This document shows positions 29,604-38,489 of a stretch of DNA of 64,000 nt, one piece after another. Positions within the stretch are counted from its first letter, which is position 1; each line of letters starts with the position of its first letter. The DNA lies in contig OZ246402.1 of assembly GCA_965230975.1 (NCBI GenBank), positions 509,009-573,008 on the forward strand. The letters are read 5' to 3'. This DNA comes from an uncultured Candidatus Saccharibacteria bacterium (lineage in GTDB: Bacteria; Patescibacteriota; Dojkabacteria; J137). The position numbers and the translations under genes are program-made. The notes under the pieces were generated by a model. That model was not told the origin of the DNA and searched no databases. It was given only the letters and a program-made list of their open reading frames with translations.

Positions 29604-31052
29604 ATGCTTAAAATTTTTAATACACTAGGCAGACAACAAGAGGTTTTTACACCAATAGAAGATGGAAAAGTTAAAGTATATCAATGTGGCCCAACTGTAT
29701 ATTCTACTCAACATATTGGCAACATGAGGGCAGCTGTAGAAGGCGATTTAATAACGAGAGCATTAAGGTATTTAGGTTACGATGTTAAATTTGTTAGAAA
29801 TTATACAGATTTTGGCCATTTAACAGGAGACAATATTGGAGACGCAGATAGTGGAGAAGATAGAATGACAAAGGGTGCAAAAAAAGAAGGATTAACACCT
29901 GATCAAGTTGCTAATAAATACATAAAAATATTTGAAGAAGATGTAACGGCTTTAAATACAGAAGTTCCAACAGTTATTGCAAGGGCTACAGAGTATATAG
30001 ATTCGATGATCGAAATGGTTCAAGGTCTGGTAGATAAGGGATATGCATATGTAACTCCAACAGCCATCTTTTTTGAGGTAGATAAATTTGCAGACTATAC
30101 AAAATTAAGTGGCCAAAAATTAGAAATGAACCAACATGGCGAAGGCCACGGAGCAGTGAGCGATAGTAATAAAAAGAAACCTTATGATTTTGCTATTTGG
30201 TTTTTTAAAACTGGGGACCATGCAAATGCGTTACAATATTGGCCTTCGCCATTTAAATCTACGCTTGTAGAAAATGGATATGGATTTCCTGGCTGGCATA
30301 TTGAATGTTCTGCAATGATTTTTAAAACTTTGGGAAAAACTATTGATATTCATATGGGTGGGGTAGAACATGTTCCAACTCACCATACAAATGAAATTGC
30401 TCAAAGTGAATCTTTTACAGGCAGTCATTATGTAAATTACTGGGTTCATTATGAACATTTAGATGTAGATGGTACAAAAATGAGTAAATCATTAGGTAAT
30501 GTATACAATGTCTCTGAATTAGTAAAGAAAGGTTATGACCCATTATCATTAAGGTATTTCTTTTTACAATCTCACTATAGGTCTAAACAAAACTTTACCT
30601 TTGAAGCATTAACCTCTGCACAAACATCTTTAAATCGACTAAGATCAACTTTGCAAAATTTGGTTGTTGAGGTAGAAAAATTAGAATCTGTTAAGCTAGA
30701 ACTCGATTTAGATTCTATAAATAAATTTAAACAAGCTTTAGAAAATGACTTTAATATTCCAGAGGCGTTGGCTTGTGTTTGGGAACTTTTAAGAAGTAAT
30801 AAAAGCGCACAAGTAAAACTATCTACTATCTTAGATTTTGATAAGGTTTTGGGTTTAAATTTAGAATCTTATTTGGAGCAGCCTAAAGATTTAGAAATCC
30901 CCTTAGAGGCTAAAATGCTTATAGAAGAGAGAAATATTGCAAGAATTGAAAAGGATTTTAAAAAATCAGATGAGCTTAGAGATAAATTAAAATCTGAATT
31001 TGGTCTATTGGTAAAAGATACTGCTAATGGACAAGAGGTTAGTCGAGCTTAA
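29604..31052 (+). CDS. cysS: cysteinyl-tRNA synthetase
   Basis: HIGH motif CGPTVYSTQHIGN. KMSKS motif (TKMSKSLGN). 482 aa. Confidence 0.9.
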   Translation: MLKIFNTLGRQQEVFTPIEDGKVKVYQCGPTVYSTQHIGNMRAAVEGDLITRALRYLGYDVKFVRNYTDFGHLTGDNIGDADSGEDRMTKGAKKEGLTPDQVANKYIKIFEEDVTALNTEVPTVIARATEYIDSMIEMVQGLVDKGYAYVTPTAIFFEVDKFADYTKLSGQKLEMNQHGEGHGAVSDSNKKKPYDFAIWFFKTGDHANALQYWPSPFKSTLVENGYGFPGWHIECSAMIFKTLGKTIDIHMGGVEHVPTHHTNEIAQSESFTGSHYVNYWVHYEHLDVDGTKMSKSLGNVYNVSELVKKGYDPLSLRYFFLQSHYRSKQNFTFEALTSAQTSLNRLRSTLQNLVVEVEKLESVKLELDLDSINKFKQALENDFNIPEALACVWELLRSNKSAQVKLSTILDFDKVLGLNLESYLEQPKDLEIPLEAKMLIEERNIARIEKDFKKSDELRDKLKSEFGLLVKDTANGQEVSRA

Positions 31053-31123
31053 TATAGTTTGGTATATCTAATTAGTTCTAAAGATAAGTTATAAGATAAA
31101 GTTAATTGGTTTTTAAACCTAAA

Positions 31124-32092
31124 TTATTCGCACCTACCTAAGATGTATTTTTTTGCAAAGTTACTAAAATCTATAAGGTCTACATCTCCATCATTATCAG
31201 AATCTTTGTTGCCACACTTATAGGTTGTGTTTACATCTGTGCACGAACTTTGATAAAACGAAATAAAATCTGAGATATCAAAGTTATTTAGTAATCCATC
31301 TGAATTTGAATCAATTCCACCACAAATTATTTGGGCTTCTGTAGTTGGATTAATATTTGCACTTACTTTTGAATATTGTTCGGATAAATCACTACCTGTC
31401 CCAAAATTATTTGTATAACATGCATCAATTCTAGATGCTACACTTACAACCAAATTTGTACCTTCTTTAAAAATTGCACTTCCGCTATCTCCAAAACACA
31501 AGCCACCCGTTTCCCCTTCAAAGCTAATAGATCCATCATTAAAATCTGTACTTTTTATGCATAAATCTGCACTTTTTCGTAATGGCATAAAGTTATTGCT
31601 ATTATCTTGTTTACCATAACCAACTACTTTGTACTCACAACCCGTGGTTGCTGTTGCTATTTGTGCATAGGTTGTGAGCAATATTGGGTCTTTTAATTTT
31701 AAAATGGCTAAATCTGCAGATATTCCAAACCCATTAGTCCAATTTGGGTGTACTTCTACAGTATCTACTCTAAAGTAATCTGATTGATTAAGACTAAACG
31801 AACCGGTTCCAACATAAATTGGGGTGTTATCATCTGCACAATGTGCTGCAGTAATTGCAGTATCTTGGTTAAGAATTGCGACTCCACATACCTCAATATT
31901 GCCATTTCCTTTATCAGATATCATATAACCCGCAAAATCGTAACCTGATTCTAACTCACCACCAAAAATGGCGGAACTATCATTTGGTTGTAAGTTTTGC
32001 CTTATCTTTTCGGCAAAACCTATAAATGCAAAGATTGCGAGTATTAAGAATATTAATTTGATTAATTTTAAGTTTTCTTGTGAATTTCTCAT
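31124..32092 (-). CDS. secreted trypsin-like (S1) serine protease with C-terminal dockerin-like domain
   Basis: Signal/anchor. His motif TAAHC, Ser motif GDSGSA. Two C-terminal Ca-binding dockerin-type repeats, DSNSDGLLNNFDISDF and DSDNDGDVDLIDFSNF. Confidence 0.7.
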   Translation of the reverse strand: MRNSQENLKLIKLIFLILAIFAFIGFAEKIRQNLQPNDSSAIFGGELESGYDFAGYMISDKGNGNIEVCGVAILNQDTAITAAHCADDNTPIYVGTGSFSLNQSDYFRVDTVEVHPNWTNGFGISADLAILKLKDPILLTTYAQIATATTGCEYKVVGYGKQDNSNNFMPLRKSADLCIKSTDFNDGSISFEGETGGLCFGDSGSAIFKEGTNLVVSVASRIDACYTNNFGTGSDLSEQYSKVSANINPTTEAQIICGGIDSNSDGLLNNFDISDFISFYQSSCTDVNTTYKCGNKDSDNDGDVDLIDFSNFAKKYILGRCE

Positions 32093-32709
32093 ATATTCAA
32101 TGTGCTAGAATTATTTCTTTTCAATATTTTTATAAAGCCAAATGCAATAATTATGACTAATGATAAAAGACCACCAATTGCTATATAAAATACTATTGGA
32201 TCAATATTAGTATAAATTACTTCGCTAGATTGGGCAGAAGTTATATTTGTGTTTGTATTTAGATTTATATTTTTATAAAGTTCTTTTACATCTTCTCTAA
32301 CAGATACCCCATTTGAATATTGTGTGCCATCAATTTTGTAAATGGAAAGTTTAGAAGAATCTGTCACTCGTATTTTTATAAATCCTAAACTTTGATTTTC
32401 TATAAGCGGTGTTTCTTTCACAAGTGTTGTGCAAATAGAGGTGGATGTAAACTTTTTATTATTTACACAATCATTAGTTGAAGTTAACCAACTACTATTA
32501 TTATAAATCTCAAAGCTTATTACTTCGGCACCAGATATTATTAAATTCAGTTTCACAGCATTTTCGTTTGATTGAGGTGTAGCTATTAGTTCTAAGGTGT
32601 ATTCTTTGTTGTTCTCAAAAACTGAGGGTGTGGTATTTAGCTCTACTGCAAATAATTTGCTTACGGGCAACAAAAAAAATAGCACTAAAATTAGTAAGAA
32701 TTTATTCAT
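32089..32709 (-). CDS. signal-peptide protein with C-terminal TM anchor; possible cohesin-like partner
   Basis: N-terminal signal, a ~150-aa beta-rich middle domain, and a C-terminal TM plus basic tail. It overlaps the start of the dockerin-protease gene by 4 nt. Confidence 0.45.
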   Translation of the reverse strand: MNKFLLILVLFFLLPVSKLFAVELNTTPSVFENNKEYTLELIATPQSNENAVKLNLIISGAEVISFEIYNNSSWLTSTNDCVNNKKFTSTSICTTLVKETPLIENQSLGFIKIRVTDSSKLSIYKIDGTQYSNGVSVREDVKELYKNINLNTNTNITSAQSSEVIYTNIDPIVFYIAIGGLLSLVIIIAFGFIKILKRNNSSTLNI

Positions 32710-32750
32710 ATCAAAATCAAATATACTACTATTATTGCAGTTTAAAAAGA

Positions 32751-34247
32751 TTATTGAAAGAATTTTGCTATTTCAAAAAGTAACTCATCATCAAAATGCT
32801 TTCCCATGAGTTGTAACCCAATAGGCATGCCATCTTTATCTTTTCCACTTGGAATTGAAAGAGAAGGGACTCCAACTAAATTTGCAGTTACGGTGTAAAT
32901 ATCCACCAAATACATGGCCAATGGGTCATTTGATTTTTCTCCAAGTTTAAACGCAGTTACCGGAGAAACTGGTGCTAATAGTGCATCTACTTCTCCAAAT
33001 ACTTTGTTAAATTCGTGTTTCAATTTTGTTCTTACCTTGCTAGCTTTTTTATAAAATTGATCTGAGTAACCAGAACTTAATGAATATGTTCCAATCATTA
33101 TTCTTCGTTTTACTTCATCTTCTAAAAACTCACTTCTGCCTTTTATTAAGTTTTCTTCGTAATTATTAGATACCTTTGGCCCAAATCTAACTCCATCGTA
33201 TCTTGCTCTGTTAGAAGATATTTCAGATGGTACCAAAATATAGTAAACGGCTAGCCCATATTCGGTCGTAGGTATAGATACCTCTTTTATATTTATCCCC
33301 TTAGATTTTAGTTCTTCAACTTTTTGTTCGAAAACCGTTCTGACTTCTTGGCTTAAACCTTCTCCCAAAAATTCTTTAGGGATTCCAATTGTTATAGTAT
33401 TTGAATCCAGCCTATTGTTGCTGGAATCAGATTTTAATTTACTTTTTAAACCTAATTGAACCTCATTTAAATCAAAAGTTGTTGCATCATGTTCATCTTT
33501 CCCTTCCATTATCTTTTCTAGCATTACCATATCTTCAAGATTTCTAGTAAAAAAGCCGGGAGTATCAAAAGATGATGCCATGGCTCCAATTCCATATCTT
33601 GAATTTCTGCCATAAGTGGGTTTTATTCCGTATAAACCACAAAATGAAGCAGGTAATCTAACGGACCCACCTGTATCTGTACCTAAAGAAAATAAACCCA
33701 CTCCAGCCAATAAACCGGCTGCAGAACCTGAGCTTGAACCGCCTGGGGTTTTGGTGAAGTCTAGCGGGTGTTTAGTTGCTCCAAAACCGGAGTTCTCTCC
33801 GCTTCCACCAAAACCCCACGGGTCAGAGTTACATTTTGCAATTAGAATAGCACCTTGATCTAAACATTTTTGAACAACTGTAGAGGTATATGGTGCGATA
33901 AAATCTTTCATGTATTTAGAAGAAAACGTTGTTTTAACTCCTTCAACTAAATATAAGTCTTTGGCTGTAAATGGTATTCCTAAGAGCTTATATTTTTCTT
34001 TGTCGTTTAAATCTATTTCACCACTTTCAATTTTTTGGTCTAGTTCTTTTGCTTTTTCTATTGCGCTGTCTATTATTGTTATAAATGCATTTATTTGAGG
34101 GTTAATCTCTTTGGCTCTTGTTATGTGATCTTGTATTATATCTACTATTTTGATTTCTTTATTTCTAATTTTTTGTTGTAGGCTTTCTATGTTTGTAAAA
34201 TTTGGTATTTGTAAGCTATTCATTTGTCTGTGTTTAAGATAGAACAT
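32751..34247 (-). CDS. gatA: Asp/Glu-tRNA amidotransferase subunit A
   Basis: Amidase signature GGSSSGSAAGLLAG...GTDTGGSVRLPA. 498 aa. Confidence 0.9.
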   Translation of the reverse strand: MFYLKHRQMNSLQIPNFTNIESLQQKIRNKEIKIVDIIQDHITRAKEINPQINAFITIIDSAIEKAKELDQKIESGEIDLNDKEKYKLLGIPFTAKDLYLVEGVKTTFSSKYMKDFIAPYTSTVVQKCLDQGAILIAKCNSDPWGFGGSGENSGFGATKHPLDFTKTPGGSSSGSAAGLLAGVGLFSLGTDTGGSVRLPASFCGLYGIKPTYGRNSRYGIGAMASSFDTPGFFTRNLEDMVMLEKIMEGKDEHDATTFDLNEVQLGLKSKLKSDSSNNRLDSNTITIGIPKEFLGEGLSQEVRTVFEQKVEELKSKGINIKEVSIPTTEYGLAVYYILVPSEISSNRARYDGVRFGPKVSNNYEENLIKGRSEFLEDEVKRRIMIGTYSLSSGYSDQFYKKASKVRTKLKHEFNKVFGEVDALLAPVSPVTAFKLGEKSNDPLAMYLVDIYTVTANLVGVPSLSIPSGKDKDGMPIGLQLMGKHFDDELLFEIAKFFQ

Positions 34248-34347
34248 TATAGCTTTAAGATACTCTATTTGGAAGATTTATATTTACTAATATTTTACTT
34301 TTATTTTTTTTAATTATTTAGTATAAACCTAGTAGATATAGGTTTTA

Positions 34348-34376
34348 TTGATTTAGATTATGTGATCTAGTATAAT
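34348..34376 (+). promoter_or_regulatory. sigma70-like promoter (TTGATT-N17-TATAAT) for the 34412 gene
   Basis: TTGATT at 34348-53 and TATAAT at 34371-76, 36 bp upstream of the ATG. Confidence 0.5.
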
Positions 34377-34411
34377 ATCCTATAGTTTGCAAAGCTTTAA
34401 TTAAGAAAATC

Positions 34412-34687
34412 ATGAATAGTTATATAGAAATTCCAAAAAAAGCAGATCCAAGTGTGAAAAATGCACTTGATTTAGTCCACCTATTAAGAACAAGAAAATT
34501 AGCAACTTCAAATGCTAATCCCACTTATTTTACAGATAATACACATTACTTTGTTCGTATCCTATCTAGTAGACTTGGAATTACTGAAGAGGATTTTGAA
34601 GCTTATTATAGGCGAGAGTATGCTCCGGGGTTAGGTTTTAGCACTCCAAATAATCGAAATATTGTGCATTCAAACTTAGAGGCTTAG
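34412..34687 (+). CDS. hypothetical protein
   Basis: 91-aa ORF behind a near-consensus promoter. Confidence 0.5.
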   Translation: MNSYIEIPKKADPSVKNALDLVHLLRTRKLATSNANPTYFTDNTHYFVRILSSRLGITEEDFEAYYRREYAPGLGFSTPNNRNIVHSNLEA

Positions 34688-34744
34688 TTTAATAATTCTC
34701 TTTATAACCCATATTGGTAAAAGATTATGCGAATAATTTTTTTA

Positions 34745-34922
34745 TTGACACATTTTTCACTTTTGCTATAATACCCGAGTTGTTATCCAAATAAATGAAC
34801 AAAAAATCATTTGCAACAAATACCGTAGTTAGATCACTCATTATTAGAGTTTCTTAAACTACGGGAGGATAACTATTTTAGATATTTATACCAAACCTCC
34901 CAAATAAGGGAGGTTTTTTTAT
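34745..34922 (+). promoter_or_regulatory. consensus promoter plus ~140-nt leader with mutually exclusive antiterminator/terminator helices (and a 20-codon leader ORF)
   Basis: TTGACA (34745-50), N16, TATAAT (34767-72). GGGAGG at 34863-68 can pair with CCTCCC at 34896-901. The same CCTCCC otherwise pairs with GGGAGG at 34908-13, followed by a T7 run (intrinsic terminator). A leader ORF at 34795-34857 encodes MNKKSFATNTVVRSLIIRVS. The downstream gene starts at 34939. Confidence 0.45.
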
Positions 34923-34938
34923 AATTTATATTAAGTAT

Positions 34939-35475
34939 ATGAAAGATCATGACATTACTGTGGATTGGAATTTCTTTTCAGAGTTCATAAGTCCAAATGA
35001 TCTAATGTTTAAAAACATATATACTACACAAGATTGGATTCAAGAGGAGAGTATTTCTAGTGCTTTGTATTTTTTTGAAGAGGCAAAAAAATATGCTCAC
35101 CTATTTGGACCGGGAGGTTTAAGTCTAGATGCGCAAAGAATGATTGCATATACAATAGGCATAAAAGGTTACAAACCTCCAAGAGCTATTCCATTTAAAA
35201 GAATTGATGGTAAAGGTAATTCAATACAATGTTTTATTTTGATAGATGGCCACCACAGGTTATATGTTGCAAAGCAATTAAAAATTCCAATGGAGATATT
35301 AATTGATTCTTCATATGGGAATCCATGTATTGGACAAGCAAGGTCGGTAGAAGAGTTAAATAATTTTATGTGTGATTTAACTAACAATAGAATCGGTTGT
35401 GGTACAAATACTATTCATTTAGGAAGGTTTTTTCAAAAGGGTATTTCTAGTAAGTTTGCTCGTTTGGAAATGTAG
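34939..35475 (+). CDS. ParB/sulfiredoxin-fold (DGQHR-like) domain protein, paralog 1
   Basis: CFILIDGHHRLYVAKQLKIPMEILID matches the ParB N-terminal/DGQHR motif pattern (hydrophobic-x-DG-x-HR-x-x-A-x-x-x-G-hydrophobic). Confidence 0.5.
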   Translation: MKDHDITVDWNFFSEFISPNDLMFKNIYTTQDWIQEESISSALYFFEEAKKYAHLFGPGGLSLDAQRMIAYTIGIKGYKPPRAIPFKRIDGKGNSIQCFILIDGHHRLYVAKQLKIPMEILIDSSYGNPCIGQARSVEELNNFMCDLTNNRIGCGTNTIHLGRFFQKGISSKFARLEM

Positions 35476-35517
35476 AACTGTTACGATATAATCACAACAT
35501 ATTTTTTAAGTGGCATT

Positions 35518-36039
35518 GTGTTAAATAAAAGTGAAATCGGCGAAAGAGAGTCTACGGTAAAATTAGTCCCAAATTCAGAAACAAATGATAACTTATTTCT
35601 AAGTCAGGATTGGTGGAATGCAGACAGGCTAGGTAGAGCAATTCTTTTCTTAAAATTAGCAAAAAGTATGAACTTATTAAAAGAGAGTTTTTTTTCACTA
35701 GAAGATCAGCTGGTTGTTCATAATAATGCAACTCCTGGAGAAATCTATAGACCAATTGTTGTTGTGCCATTTCAAAGATTAGATAGTAAGGGAAATAAGG
35801 TACATTGTCAATTAGTTTTAAATGGCCATCATAGACTTTGGGTATCTAGAATGCAAGGCATAACATTAGAAGTGGTTGTAGACACTACTCACCATATTGG
35901 CAATGTTGGTTCTATTAGAAGCTTAGATGAACTAAATAATATACTTAGCACTATATGGGGTAAAGAAGAGATTCAGGCATTTAGAAATAGGTCATTGGAG
36001 TCAGAAGTTAGGAAGAACTTAAATTTTGAAGAGATTTAG
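35518..36039 (+). CDS. ParB/sulfiredoxin-fold (DGQHR-like) domain protein, paralog 2
   Basis: QLVLNGHHRLWVSRMQGITLEVVVD. Collinear similarity to the upstream paralog (FKRIDGKGNSIQC / FQRLDSKGNKVHC). Confidence 0.5.
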   Translation: MLNKSEIGERESTVKLVPNSETNDNLFLSQDWWNADRLGRAILFLKLAKSMNLLKESFFSLEDQLVVHNNATPGEIYRPIVVVPFQRLDSKGNKVHCQLVLNGHHRLWVSRMQGITLEVVVDTTHHIGNVGSIRSLDELNNILSTIWGKEEIQAFRNRSLESEVRKNLNFEEI

Positions 36040-36056
36040 TATTTTATAAATTTAAA

Positions 36057-36374
36057 ATGAACAAAGGTCCAAACGTTTGCGGAGATACAGATGGAAAAAT
36101 GCCAGATGGGTATGATAGAGACGTTCCTTACAAGCCACCTATTGAGCAAGAAAATCCCAAACCAACCAAATATTTTCTATACGGACTTGAAGCAACAGTT
36201 CACCCATGTACGCCCGATGGGTATAATGCAACGGAAAAAGTCAATGGTTGGGAAACTTCAAATCGATTCTATATCGAATATGCAGGACAAAGAAGATATT
36301 TTAATAAGTCTGACCTGGTTTTTAAAGCAGATGGTAGTGTAGAGTTATCGGGTATTATTTTCAGGGAGATTTAA
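36057..36374 (+). CDS. hypothetical protein
   Basis: 105-aa ORF immediately after the paralog pair. Confidence 0.4.
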   Translation: MNKGPNVCGDTDGKMPDGYDRDVPYKPPIEQENPKPTKYFLYGLEATVHPCTPDGYNATEKVNGWETSNRFYIEYAGQRRYFNKSDLVFKADGSVELSGIIFREI

Positions 36375-37807
36375 TTGCTTACCTCTAACTTAAACTTGTA
36401 TATATTGTTTGTTTTGGAATTATCGATTGAAGAACTAGAATCTTCTAGTAAAACAAAAATATCTACAGCATTATCTGATACCAAAACTTTACTACTAGAT
36501 ATTAACTCGTTTTGAATAACAGGAAATAAATTTAACCCATCAAAATCACTTAACCAAACTTCTCTATTTTCATTATTCAAAACAAATAAAATATTTCTAC
36601 TATTATCTGTGTAATTAAGAAATTCTAACTCTTGATCTACCTTGATAGTATTAAATGCAAAAGAATAAGTCTTTTTATCTAAATTATCTTTAAAGTAAGA
36701 TGACTCTAATGTTAAATCATCTATCCTTTCAATATAAGATTTACCGTTAGGAGAAAGTTTTAATAATTTACCTTTAACATCTGATACATAAGTAAATTCT
36801 TTATCTAAATCTAAAAAAAAGTAATTTGATTGTGTTTCAACAAGTAAAATCTTATCGGAATCTTTTGCAATATGAATCTGTGTAGGAATAGCAGTTTGAA
36901 ATTCAAGATTATTAACTTTTAATAAACTAGTAGATCGATTTTGATATTGAAAAAATTGAGCTAAATCTTTTCTGTAATAATAAACAGAAGAATTCCCAAC
37001 CCCATAAATCGGTTCTCCTAAAGCACTAAAATAAACCAAATTTACCTGCTTAGAATTGATATCAAAACTTGTTATTAATTGATTGGTAGAAAATATTGCA
37101 GAAGAAGAACCTTCAAACCAGGAAACTTTTTTGGGGTAAAACCCAACAACACTATTTATATTGGTTAGGGTTTTAGAATTAAAGTCTATTAAATATAGCT
37201 CTTCTTGAGAAGGCAAATTTAAAAATGCTTTAGAACTATCAGGTGAAATTGTGAGCTCGTAATCAGATAACTTTTTTATTAAATCTGAATCAAAACTATA
37301 AATTATTTCTGGTTCGTTATCATTAAAATCTAAAATATTTCTAGTAAGTCTTATTCTCCAAATGCCAATATTGGTAGTAAGCTCACTTTTCAATAAAGTG
37401 TAAAATAAATAATCAGAGTTGTTTGAAATATAGAATTTATCTATACCGCTAGATGTAACTTTTTCAAAATCTAATCTTTCGGGGTAAAGTTGCGCATTTA
37501 AGTCTTCAACAATTCCACCTTTAAGAATAATAGTTTTCTCCCACGATTTGTAACCCTCTCTTTCTAGTTTTACCTTTGCTGGCCCAGGTGTAAGACCTTC
37601 AACTCGATTGTCAACTTTTTGGGTTGGTTGCCCATTTATGTATACCTTTACATCTTGAGGAATGCTATTTATTCTTAAAATACTTGTTGTAATAACTTTG
37701 CCTCCATTATCTAACCTGTAACCTTGTGCAAGTATAATTACATAGGCACTTGCTGCGGCAAATAAAGAGAACAACAATATTGTGATAAGTAATCTTTTCT
37801 TCAACAA
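36371..37807 (-). CDS. membrane-anchored PEGA-domain protein with beta-propeller-like C-terminal region
   Basis: N-terminal TM. PEGA-like segment INSIPQDVKVYINGQPTQKVDNRVEGLTPGPAKVKLEREGYKSWEKTIILKGG. A long beta-rich region follows. Confidence 0.6.
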   Translation of the reverse strand: MLKKRLLITILLFSLFAAASAYVIILAQGYRLDNGGKVITTSILRINSIPQDVKVYINGQPTQKVDNRVEGLTPGPAKVKLEREGYKSWEKTIILKGGIVEDLNAQLYPERLDFEKVTSSGIDKFYISNNSDYLFYTLLKSELTTNIGIWRIRLTRNILDFNDNEPEIIYSFDSDLIKKLSDYELTISPDSSKAFLNLPSQEELYLIDFNSKTLTNINSVVGFYPKKVSWFEGSSSAIFSTNQLITSFDINSKQVNLVYFSALGEPIYGVGNSSVYYYRKDLAQFFQYQNRSTSLLKVNNLEFQTAIPTQIHIAKDSDKILLVETQSNYFFLDLDKEFTYVSDVKGKLLKLSPNGKSYIERIDDLTLESSYFKDNLDKKTYSFAFNTIKVDQELEFLNYTDNSRNILFVLNNENREVWLSDFDGLNLFPVIQNELISSSKVLVSDNAVDIFVLLEDSSSSIDNSKTNNIYKFKLEVSN

Positions 37808-37925
37808 AGAAATTTAACTTTTAGAAGTATATCATTTTGCAAGTGAAGGTTTAAGAAAAATTTTATTACTTCAAATATTGGTAAAAAATGTATAAACTGT
37901 ATTGTTTAGATTTTAAGGAATTAAT

Positions 37926-38417
37926 GTGAATAATACATCTAATGAAAGCAATACATTTTCTAATTCAGGTAGTTTACCACCATTGCCTCCACTACCATCT
38001 GATTCAACTAGTCCATCTGTTGTAGCTACAGATGCTACTACAAATGTTGTTCAGCAGTTGCCGGTTAGTCAACCACAGGTTGTAACACCAAATCAAACTA
38101 TAGAACCTCAAATTTCTGAAGCATCACAGGTTAATTCAGCTATGCCAACCCAACAAGCCACTATTCAAAATGCTCAACCTGTTGAGGTAGTTAGTCAGAC
38201 ACAGGTAACAGAATCTAGTGAGCCACCTGTTGTACATTTAATCCCAGCTCCATCTGAAGTTAAACCCGAGCCAGCAAAACTATCTGAAACACCATCAATG
38301 CCTACTGTTCAAAAAGCAAAGGGTGATAAATTTAATATACTTATTGCATTGTTAGGTTTTGTTTTATTCATAATGCTTGCAGTTGTTGGATATTTAGTTA
38401 TTCAACTTTTTGCCTAG
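37926..38417 (+). CDS. low-complexity Pro/Ser/Thr/Gln-rich protein with C-terminal TM anchor
   Basis: 163 aa. Disordered N-terminal ~130 aa, a single C-terminal hydrophobic helix. Confidence 0.45.
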   Translation: MNNTSNESNTFSNSGSLPPLPPLPSDSTSPSVVATDATTNVVQQLPVSQPQVVTPNQTIEPQISEASQVNSAMPTQQATIQNAQPVEVVSQTQVTESSEPPVVHLIPAPSEVKPEPAKLSETPSMPTVQKAKGDKFNILIALLGFVLFIMLAVVGYLVIQLFA

Positions 38418-38489
38418 TTTAATTTGGTATTAGTTAAACAATTAATACCAAATAAAGTATAATCAATATACTGATATATATTCTAAATT

